NCBI GenBank assembly: GCA_041687695.1
Contig: JAWLBL010000004.1
Span: forward strand, 192,001 to 256,000
Direction: 5' to 3'
DNA length: 64,000 nt
DNA from: Myxococcota bacterium
GTDB taxonomy: Bacteria; Myxococcota_A; UBA9042; PHBI01; JAWLBL01
The position numbers and the translations under genes are program-made. Shown in pieces: positions 1 to 7,608 of the stretch. The notes under the pieces were generated by a model. The model was not told where the DNA came from and did no database searches. It worked only from the letters and a program-made list of their open reading frames with translations. The number at the start of each line of letters is the position of its first letter. Within the stretch, counting starts at the first letter, position 1.

Positions 1-671
1 ACGGTGAGCTGGACCTCGCGGGTGCCCCGGAGGACGACGTGCTCGATGACGCGCGGGACGATGAGGAGGCCGGCGACGACGGCGACGAGCAGGAACAGGC
101 CGAGGCGGCCGAGGGTCTCGATGACGGCGACCGGCTCGAGGCCGCCCGTCATGGCGACGCCGCTGAGCAGGACCAGGATGACGATGGCGAGGATGTCCTC
201 GACGACCAGGATGCCGAAGACGAGCTCGGCGAAGCGCTCGCGGGCGAGGCCGAACTCGGCGAGCGTCTTGATGATGACGGTGGACGACGAGATGGCGAGC
301 ATGGCGCCCAGAAAGACGCTGTCCATGGAGGACCAGCCGAAGACCTGGCCGATGGTGTGGCCGAGCCAGATCATGCTGAGGATCTCGAAGGCGCCGGCGA
401 GGGAGGCGGTCGGGCCGACGCGCTTGAGCTGCCCCAGGCTGAACTCGAGCCCGAGGCCGAACATCAGGAAGACCACGCCGAGATCGGCGAGGGTGCGGAT
501 GCTCTCCTCGTCGTGGACCAGCGGGAAGGGCGGGGTGTGCGGGCCGATGATGATGCCGGCCAGCAGGTAGCCCAGGACGACCGGCTGGTGCAGGCGGTGG
601 AAGATGCCGCTGACGACCCCCGCGACGAGCATGACGACCGCGAGGTCCTGCAGGAAGGCGACGCTGTGCAA
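1..671 (-). CDS. Cation:proton antiporter, CPA2 (Kef/YbaL-like) family; 5' part only, runs off the window edge
   Basis: Not in the ORF track because it is truncated. Manual translation from TTG at 671 gives (M)HSVAFLQDLAVVMLVAGVVSGIFHRLHQPVVLGYLLAGIIIGPHT...LGVVFLMFGLGLEFS...ISSSTVIIKTL...GILVVEDI, which are typical CPA2 motifs. A GGAGGGG SD lies just upstream. Confidence 0.85.
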   Translation of the reverse strand, partial: MHSVAFLQDLAVVMLVAGVVSGIFHRLHQPVVLGYLLAGIIIGPHTPPFPLVHDEESIRTLADLGVVFLMFGLGLEFSLGQLKRVGPTASLAGAFEILSMIWLGHTIGQVFGWSSMDSVFLGAMLAISSSTVIIKTLAEFGLARERFAELVFGILVVEDILAIVILVLLSGVAMTGGLEPVAVIETLGRLGLFLLVAVVAGLLIVPRVIEHVVLRGTREVQLT

Positions 672-805
672 AGAACCCCTCCGACGGGCTGAACCGGGGG
701 GACGTTCGCAGGCGACCCGGGGCAGGTCAACAACAGGCCGTGGCAGTCATCTCCGGTGCCCGGCATTTGTTGCCGGACGGCGGCCCCTCTGCCATCCTCC
801 GCCGC

Positions 806-1066
806 ATGCTCATCGAGCAGCTCCTCGAGCGGGCGCTGGCCTCGCTCATCGGCGAGCGCCTGGAGGCGCACGGCGCAGCGTTCTTCGACACGCTGCGCAA
901 GGCACGGCTCATGAGCGAGGCCGAGGTCGACGCCTTGGAGCGCGAGTGGCGCGAGCTGGTCGCCAAGCGCAAGGCCGAGGGGGCGGACGCCGCGGCCGCC
1001 TTGAAGGAGGTGGCGCAGCGCGTGCTGGGGCGCGTCGGCGGTGACGGGGGAGGGCAGGCGCGTTGA
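806..1066 (+). CDS. Small helical protein, possibly phasin-like
   Basis: MLIEQLLERALASL...; stop overlaps the next start (TTGA). Small amphipathic ORFs often precede ABC1 kinases. Start chosen by eye. Confidence 0.55.
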   Translation: MLIEQLLERALASLIGERLEAHGAAFFDTLRKARLMSEAEVDALEREWRELVAKRKAEGADAAAALKEVAQRVLGRVGGDGGGQAR

Positions 1067-2739
1067 AGGTCTCCACCATCCTGCGCCTGCCGCGCACCGT
1101 CCGCAGCGCCGGCCGGCTCCGCGAGATCCTGATGGTGCTCATCAAGCACGGCTTCGGCGAGCTGGTCGACCAGCTCGGCCTGCAGGCCTGGCTGACGGCC
1201 GCCAGCCGCCTCCTCCCGCGGGCCGATCGGGGCGAGCGCGAGACCCAGACCCTCGAGACCCGCATCCGCCGCACCTTCGAGGACCTCGGCCCGACCTTCG
1301 TCAAGCTGGGCCAGGTCCTGGCCACCCGCCCCGACCTCATCCCGATGAGCCTGGTCCTCGAGCTGCGCAAGCTGCAGGACCGCGTCCCGCCGTTCCCGTT
1401 CGAGCAGGTCCAGGCCGTCGTCGCCGAGGAGCTCGGCCGCCCCATCGAGGCCGTCTTCGCCGAGTTCGACCCGCAGCCCATCGCCGCGGCCTCCATCGGG
1501 CAGGTCCACCGCGCCCGCCTCGAGACCGGCGAGGAGGTCGTCGTCAAGGTGCAGCGCCCCGAGCTGGGCCGCGTCATCGACCGCGACCTCGAGATCCTGC
1601 GCGCGCTCGCCGGCCTCATCCACGAGAAGATCCCCGAGGCGCGCCAGTTCAACCTGCCCGGCATCGCCCAGGAGTTCTCGGGCGCCCTGCGCCTCGAGGC
1701 CGACTACACCAACGAGCGCGCCAACCAGGAGCGCTTCATCCGCCTGTGGGCCGACGACGACCGCGTCAGCGCCCCCAGGCCGTACCCCGAGCTGTCCACC
1801 GCCCGCGTCCTGACCATGGAGTTCATCCGCGGGGTCAAGGTCACCGACCTCGAGGGGCTCGCCAGCGTCGGCGCCGACGTCCGCGACATCGCCCGCCTCG
1901 GCAGCCACATCGCCCTGCGCGGCATCTTCGACCACGGCTTCTTCCACGCCGACCCGCACCCGGGGAACTTCTTCGTCCTGCCGGGTGGCCGCATCACGCT
2001 CATCGACTTCGGCATGATGGGCGTCATCGACCGCGAGCGCCTGGACGAGCTGCTCAGCTTCCTCGTCGCGCTGCTGGTCAACGACCCCGACATGATGGTC
2101 CGGCTCTTCCTCGAGCTCGACCTCATCGACGAGTCCATCGATCTCCGCTCCCTCAAGCGCGAGATCAAGCAGCTCATCGACCGCTACTACAACGTCCCCG
2201 TCGGCGACATCGACCTCGGCCGGTTCATCAACCAGGTCTTCGAGGTCGTCGTGAAGCACGACGTGCGCATGCCCGCCGACCTCCTGCTGGTCGGCAAGGC
2301 GCTCACCACCATCGAGGGCATCGCCCAGGAGATCGACCCGACCTTCGACCCGGTCACAGAGATGCGCCCGTACCTCCTCAAGACGTACGTGCTGCGCGTC
2401 CTCGACCCCGCCCACCACGCCAAGGAGCTGTCCAAGGACGTCGTCGACCTGACGACCCTCGTCCGCAAGCTCCCCGGCGAGATCCGGACGCTCCTCAAGA
2501 AGGTCCGCAAGGGCGAGCTGCGCGTCGTCACCGCCACCGAGGACCTCACCGTGATCCTCGAGCGCCACGACCGCCGGGTCAACCGCACCCTGGTCACGGT
2601 CTTCTCCACGACCGCCATGCTCACCGGCACCGCCTTCGCCCTGGCCGGCCTCGAGGGCGCCGCCATCGCCGCCTATGGCCTGGGCACGCTCTGGTTCCTC
2701 TGGGCCTGGCTCGGCATCCTCCGCACGGGCGGCGTGTAG
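1063..2739 (+). CDS. ABC1/AarF/UbiB family atypical protein kinase
   Basis: Motifs LGPTFVKLGQ, PIAAASIGQVHRA, VVVKVQRP, FFHADPHPGN and LIDFGM; C-terminal TM helices; TTG start. Confidence 0.93.
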   Translation: MKVSTILRLPRTVRSAGRLREILMVLIKHGFGELVDQLGLQAWLTAASRLLPRADRGERETQTLETRIRRTFEDLGPTFVKLGQVLATRPDLIPMSLVLELRKLQDRVPPFPFEQVQAVVAEELGRPIEAVFAEFDPQPIAAASIGQVHRARLETGEEVVVKVQRPELGRVIDRDLEILRALAGLIHEKIPEARQFNLPGIAQEFSGALRLEADYTNERANQERFIRLWADDDRVSAPRPYPELSTARVLTMEFIRGVKVTDLEGLASVGADVRDIARLGSHIALRGIFDHGFFHADPHPGNFFVLPGGRITLIDFGMMGVIDRERLDELLSFLVALLVNDPDMMVRLFLELDLIDESIDLRSLKREIKQLIDRYYNVPVGDIDLGRFINQVFEVVVKHDVRMPADLLLVGKALTTIEGIAQEIDPTFDPVTEMRPYLLKTYVLRVLDPAHHAKELSKDVVDLTTLVRKLPGEIRTLLKKVRKGELRVVTATEDLTVILERHDRRVNRTLVTVFSTTAMLTGTAFALAGLEGAAIAAYGLGTLWFLWAWLGILRTGGV

Positions 2740-2742
2740 CGC

Positions 2743-4764
2743 GTGGCGCGCCTCGGGGCCCTGCTGGCGCTCGCGCTGACCCTGGCGTCGCCTGCGGCGC
2801 GCGCCTTCGACTACCTCGAGCACGCCTACTTCGCCGACCGCGCCTGCTACGAGGCCCAGCGCCGCCTCGCGCCCCTCGTGACCCCCGCGCGCCCCGACGT
2901 CGTCGCCCGCTACCTCGCCCTCGCGCTCGCCTGTCCCGAGCGCTGGGACCGCCCGTACTGCGCGGACGACCTCAAGCAGGCCGAGGCCGGCCTCAACCGC
3001 CTCGAGGCCCCGCCCGCCGCCAGCGGCGACCACGCCCTCACCCTGGGCGACTTCAGCGCCCTGGTCGACCACCTCGCCTGGTTCGGCCCGGTCGGCGGCT
3101 TCCCACGCGCCCGCCAGCCGGGCCTCACCGCCGAGGTCCTGGCCCTGCTCGGCGCCCCCACCACCTCCGGCGGCCTCATCGAGGACGTCGCCGAGGAGGC
3201 CTGCGACAGCGGCGTCGCCGTCCCCTGGGACCGCGTCGAGCACGACGTCCGCAGCGCCCTCGCGGCCTCGGACGCCAGCGGCGCGCCCGTCGCCGTCCCG
3301 CCCGCGCTGCTCGCCCCCAACCGCCGCGCCAGCCCCCACGCCGGCCCCGTCGACCCCGCCGCGCTCCTGTCCTTCAACAACCCCCACTACCTCGACCTCA
3401 AGCTCCACGGCGACGACCACTTCGGCGTCCGCGCCTTCGGCGCCTGGACCGGCTACCACACCGCCGCCCGCGTCATCGCCGCCAGCCGCTGCCAGGACGT
3501 CCTCGCCGTCGACGCCGACCTGCTCGAGGACCTCGCCGACGGCCTCCCCGCCTTCGCCCGCGTCGACTTCGACGACCTCGCGCCCGCCGAACGCGCCCGC
3601 CAGGGCTGCCTCCTCCTCGCCGAGCGCGTCCGCCGGCGCCTGCTCGACTGGCGGCGCCGCGCCGAGCCCGCCCTCACCGCGCCGGCCGCCCCCTTCCTCG
3701 ACGCCTTCGCCGACGGCCCCGCCACCACCGAGGAGGCGCTGCTGCTCGAGCACGTCGTGACGGCCCTGATGGCCGTGGTCTGGGAGGGCGGAGGGCTCCA
3801 CTTCCTCCAGGACGGCCTCTCCGGCGGTCACCTGCGCACCGACCCGACCTCGCGCGCCGGCCTGGGCGAGATCCGCTACGCCCACGACACCGACGGCCAG
3901 TTCGGCCTCTCGGCCGTCCTCACCACGGCCGCCGGCCACGCGCCGTTCGTCGCCTACGGGGACGGCTTCCTGCTCGGCCGCCCCACCGGCGCGCTCGACA
4001 CCTGCGTCTGGGATCGCTTGGGCGACGCGGGTCAGCCGGACGTCACGGCCTGCCTGGTCCAGCACCAACGCGGGCTGCTGGTCGCCCTGGGGGCCGCGAG
4101 CCTGGTCGACTGGGCCCTGGGCGGCGTGCTGCAGGCGCCTCGCGCCGCCGCCGACGGCTGCTCGACGCCGACCGACGCCCCGCACGCCTTCGTTTGCCGC
4201 TTCCTGCCCCTGCGCGCCGTCGCGGCCGCGGGCTACGAACCCCAGGGCCCGCCGCCCACCGAGCTGGCCGAGGGCACCCTGCCGACCCCGCCGCCTCCCT
4301 TCGCCTACCAGTCGCTGTTGACCGTCCTGGCGGCCGACTTCGGCGGCGACGGCGTGCAGGCTGGCGCGCGCCTGGTCTTCCTGAGCGAGCTCGACGATCT
4401 GGCCAACTGGATGTCCAGCTGGCACTTCGGCCTGCTCACGACCCAGGGCGTGCGCCGCAGCGAGCTGCTGGCCGAGTTCTCCTTCATGTTCCACTGGCGC
4501 TGGGCCGCGCGCTTTCTGGTCAACGCCGGCCCCGTCCTGCACGCCGGCTGGCGCGGCTTCGGCGACGACGTGTCGACCTTCGTCGGCCTCGGCCCCAGCG
4601 TCGGCCTCACCTTCCTGCCGGAAGGCTGGACCAAGATCCCGCTCGAGGCGACCTTCAGCCTGCGCCTGCCCGTGACGCTGCTCGACAGCCGCTTCGGCGC
4701 GGCGGACGGCGTGCGCATCGAGGGCTGGTGGTTCGAGATCGGCGTCGGCCTGGCCTTCATGTGA
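2743..4764 (+). CDS. Secreted protein with a Zn-dependent phospholipase C/P1-nuclease-like domain and a C-terminal beta-strand-rich (barrel-like) domain
   Basis: Signal peptide ending ARA, then FDYLEH; HFLQDGLSGGH (HxxxDxxxxxH); HDTD; C-terminus has alternating hydrophobic strands ending FEIGVGLAFM. Confidence 0.6.
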   Translation: MARLGALLALALTLASPAARAFDYLEHAYFADRACYEAQRRLAPLVTPARPDVVARYLALALACPERWDRPYCADDLKQAEAGLNRLEAPPAASGDHALTLGDFSALVDHLAWFGPVGGFPRARQPGLTAEVLALLGAPTTSGGLIEDVAEEACDSGVAVPWDRVEHDVRSALAASDASGAPVAVPPALLAPNRRASPHAGPVDPAALLSFNNPHYLDLKLHGDDHFGVRAFGAWTGYHTAARVIAASRCQDVLAVDADLLEDLADGLPAFARVDFDDLAPAERARQGCLLLAERVRRRLLDWRRRAEPALTAPAAPFLDAFADGPATTEEALLLEHVVTALMAVVWEGGGLHFLQDGLSGGHLRTDPTSRAGLGEIRYAHDTDGQFGLSAVLTTAAGHAPFVAYGDGFLLGRPTGALDTCVWDRLGDAGQPDVTACLVQHQRGLLVALGAASLVDWALGGVLQAPRAAADGCSTPTDAPHAFVCRFLPLRAVAAAGYEPQGPPPTELAEGTLPTPPPPFAYQSLLTVLAADFGGDGVQAGARLVFLSELDDLANWMSSWHFGLLTTQGVRRSELLAEFSFMFHWRWAARFLVNAGPVLHAGWRGFGDDVSTFVGLGPSVGLTFLPEGWTKIPLEATFSLRLPVTLLDSRFGAADGVRIEGWWFEIGVGLAFM

Positions 4765-4804
4765 CCGCGGCGCTGGCCGACGCGTGACCGTGGCGCTGGC
4801 CGAC
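4761..4804 (+). repeat. Short tandem duplication (23-bp unit, ~2 copies) spanning a stop codon
   Basis: GTGACCGCGGCGCTGGCCGACGC followed by GTGACCGTGGCGCTGGCCGAC. Confidence 0.7.
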
Positions 4805-4940
4805 CGGCCAGGACGGCCAGCCAGCGCCTCGATGCACATCCCTTCGGCCGGAACGCGCCAGGGACGTCGCGGCCTCTCGGTGACCGACGCGCCAGGGACG
4901 CCGGCCGTTGCCCACGCGAGGGCCAGGTCCTCGCGTGCGC

Positions 4941-4975
4941 AAAACAAAAACCCGAACGGCCGAGGCCATCCGGGT
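4941..4975 (-). terminator. Rho-independent terminator on the minus strand
   Basis: Minus strand reads ACCCGGATGGC-CTCG-GCCGTTCGGGT then TTTTGTTTT. The 11-bp stem has two G-U pairs that would be A-C mismatches on the plus strand. Confidence 0.8.
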
Positions 4976-7197
4976 CTTTGGGGTTGACGAGCACAGCCCT
5001 GTGGGGTGTTCCCCTTCGAAGGGTCTCACGGCCTCCCAGCTGCCACGCCGATGTCACCATCGTCGCGGCCTCCTCTCATCGCGTTGGGCTCGACTTCAGA
5101 GTCTCGGGGTGCCTGCCTGGCGCCGCATGGGTTGAGCGCGCCCACCATGGCCTTGGAGCGAGCTCCGGCCTTCGTGGTCTGCAGCAGGTCACCTGGCGCC
5201 GATGAGGGCTCTCACCGTCGCCGTCCTCTCTTGTCGTTGGCCTCGCGTTCAGAGTTTGACCAGAAGCGTGTGTCCATGGCTCGTGACCTCGTCCTCACGA
5301 CCGTCACGATCCTCGCGTTCCCTTCCGTGCCGGCGCGGACGCCGACTTCCTCCATCTCTCTGACGACCCACCAGCTCGCGGAACCCGGGCTGCCGCCTCC
5401 GGCCCTCCCTGTCGGGAGCGCCGCGCCGTCGGCCAGGCCTCGAGGCGAACCTCTCGGCGTGTCCATCGGGCACGAGGCGAAGAACCAGGCGCCAGCGGAG
5501 TGCCTCGTGGCGCTCCGTGGGCGTCCGCTCGGGGGTCAGACGGCCGACGCGCGTCTCGGGTGGCGATCGACCCTCACAGCGTGAGCGCTGCGAGCGTACG
5601 ATCGAGACCCATGACATCGCGACGGGGTGGTGCGACCTAGGTCGCCTCCGCCATCGTCCGACTCGAGCGAGCTCCCGTCGGAACAGCTCCTCGCGTCCTC
5701 TCGCGCGCCTCGCAGGGGTGGGTCGGGGAGACCCCGCACCACCGTGTCCCGGTCAGACCGGGAGGCCGTGGAGACCACGTCCTCCTTGCCCTCCGCCCTC
5801 GCACCGACCAGCCGCGGAGCGGTGGTTCGATGGTCGAGCGCTCGGGCCTCGCGGACGTCTCCGTCCACGAGCGGCGTCGCCCTCCGACTTCAGCCTGCGA
5901 ACCACGCTCGGTGACCGCCAGGGCCCACCCGAAGGCGAACCGTGACGACCCGCGCGTCCCCTCGTGACCCCGCCGAAGCGGGATCCCCCATGACGCTCTC
6001 GACCGAACCGCCCGCCTCCCGGAGGAGACCCCGTCACTGCCTTGCGAGCAGGGGCGGGTGGCGACTCGAGCCTCGGACGAGCCTCGTGGGTCGATGGGAC
6101 CTGCCGACCAGAGCGCCGCCGCCGCGCCGGGACGAGTCCCGGGAGGCGATGCCGCGCTGGGCGACCGAGGAAGGACCGGCGAGCCGGGCCTTCGTGTCCG
6201 CGAACCGAAGCCATCGTGCGCTGCCTACCGAGCGTCCGAACCGTGGAGCCGTGGCGTCCGAGGGGAAACCCCCCGGCCGTTGCTCCCGCCGGATCGGCCG
6301 TCGACGAAGGCAGCCTGACGCGTGACGCATGCGAGCCGTCGATTGCTTCGGGGCCGGCGGACCGAGGTCCGCGTGGCCCCGCCGGGCCCTCGCCATCGTC
6401 CGGGTCTCCCCGGGGTCGCTGGCCAAGGCCGACGCGTGGAGCGGTCGAAGCGGCTGTCGCCGGTTCGAGCCGCGTTCCATGGGCTCGTGTGTCGCATTGA
6501 TGAGAGATGTCGGGCCGGAAAGGGTCGCTCGAATCGATCCGCTCGCGCGGACGCATCGGAGCCGGACGCCCTCCCTTGGGGTTTGGTACCCTTCGACGCT
6601 TGCGGAAGCGAGCAGCGACCCACACCGGGGTTGCCTCCCCCGGCTGAGCTGCGCCTTCAGGTTTTCTCAACCTCTTGACGCCTTGTTCCGCTCGCGACCT
6701 CTCCGGCCTTGTTTCATGCCGGTAACGCCCTTGGGCTTTGCACCTTCAGAGGGTTTCCCCCACCGGTAGCGGGCCTCGCCTCTCGACGACGCCTGCCCTT
6801 CTTGCCGTTCGAATGCCCGGATTCGACAGTAGCCAGGATACCGCTGTCCTCCGTGCCTCGACTTCAAGGATTTACGCATCCGATGGGTCCGTACCGTTCG
6901 GGCCGGTGTTACCCGGGCTCCGAAGGCCGATCCTCTCCTGGCGTTCACCTCTTCGAGGTGTTCCCCCCCTTGGCCTCGGCTTCATGTCTCCATGAAGCCT
7001 CCTCTCTTGGGCTTCGACACGACGCTGAACGGCGAACCGTCCATCGTCGTATGTGCTCTTCAAAGTTTTAAAGAACCAAGGGAGTGGCTTGCCTCTTGCG
7101 AGTGCTGCCGACCTCCATGAGGTTCGTGTCCTCGTCGGTCCGCGCGAGGCGGGCCGTGTCGGACCTCCCTTGGGCCGCGCTCCCTGGCGTCAACCCT
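4941..7197 (-). ncRNA. Candidate very large (~2.2 kb) structured non-coding RNA of unknown family
   Basis: No ORF with recognisable motifs or the regular GC3 pattern of flanking genes. Bounded by a promoter-like element and a terminator. Terminal 9-bp complementarity (7188-7196 with 4981-4989), GNRA/UUCG hairpins on the minus strand, and a repeated internal module. Confidence 0.62.
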
Positions 7198-7203
7198 GAG
7201 GCG

Positions 7204-7233
7204 ATAGTGGATCGCCCGACGGAGCTGCCGCAA
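7204..7233 (-). promoter_or_regulatory. Putative sigma70-type promoter for the candidate RNA
   Basis: Minus strand TTGCGG (7233-7228), 18 nt, CACTAT (7209-7204). Predicted start ~7197, right at the 5' arm of the terminal stem. Weak consensus match on its own. Confidence 0.4.
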
Positions 7234-7257
7234 CCCGAATTTTCGGGGGGCGCCGGC

Positions 7258-7319
7258 TGTGGAAAACCAAGCTGTAGGGAAGTCGCGCACTTTCGCACCG
7301 TCTCCCCAAGTTGTCCACA
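7258..7319. promoter_or_regulatory. Two oppositely oriented DnaA-box-like 9-mers
   Basis: TGTGGAAAA at 7258-7266 (reverse complement TTTTCCACA fits TTWTNCACA) and TTGTCCACA at 7311-7319 (high-GC-type box). Confidence 0.45.
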
Positions 7320-7608
7320 GGAAAGCCACACGTCCGCGCGATCGGCCTGCGCCGCACCCGGTGGCCGCGAGAGCATCGCAAGTGCCTGTTTTCACGTGCG
7401 ATCCGGGACGCGGCCCCGTGTCGCGCCGCAAAAGGGTGCCTCGGACGGCCACACGGGGCCGAAGGGCAGGGCGCGGACGCGGCGCCCTCGGGCGCGCTTC
7501 GGGGCGGGCGTTCGCGCGATGCCCACGCGCGATTGGCGTGATGGGGCGCCTGCGCGCGAAGCGCGTGATGGTTGACGGCGGAGGCGCGCGTCGCTACAGG
7601 CCAGCGCC

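Noticed and set aside
727..4947. 1406-aa minus-strand ORF and similar very long ORFs (e.g. 41931-45377, 54504-57452, 59365-62586)
   Set aside because: Antisense or off-frame shadows of real genes, expected at this GC content; no motifs.
4981..7196. Insertion sequence bounded by the 9-bp inverted repeats
   Set aside because: No transposase and no evident target-site duplication; the promoter and terminator lie just outside the repeats, as expected for an RNA gene.
4941..7197. rRNA, RNase P RNA, tmRNA or group I/II intron as the identity of the gap
   Set aside because: I found no universal 16S/23S motifs, RNase P GAGGAAAGUCC core, tRNA-like ends, group II domain V or intron-encoded ORF by eye. 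An Rfam search is still needed.
7240..7400. Replication origin
   Set aside because: Only two good DnaA boxes, no clear AT-rich unwinding element, and no dnaA/dnaN/gidA/par genes nearby.
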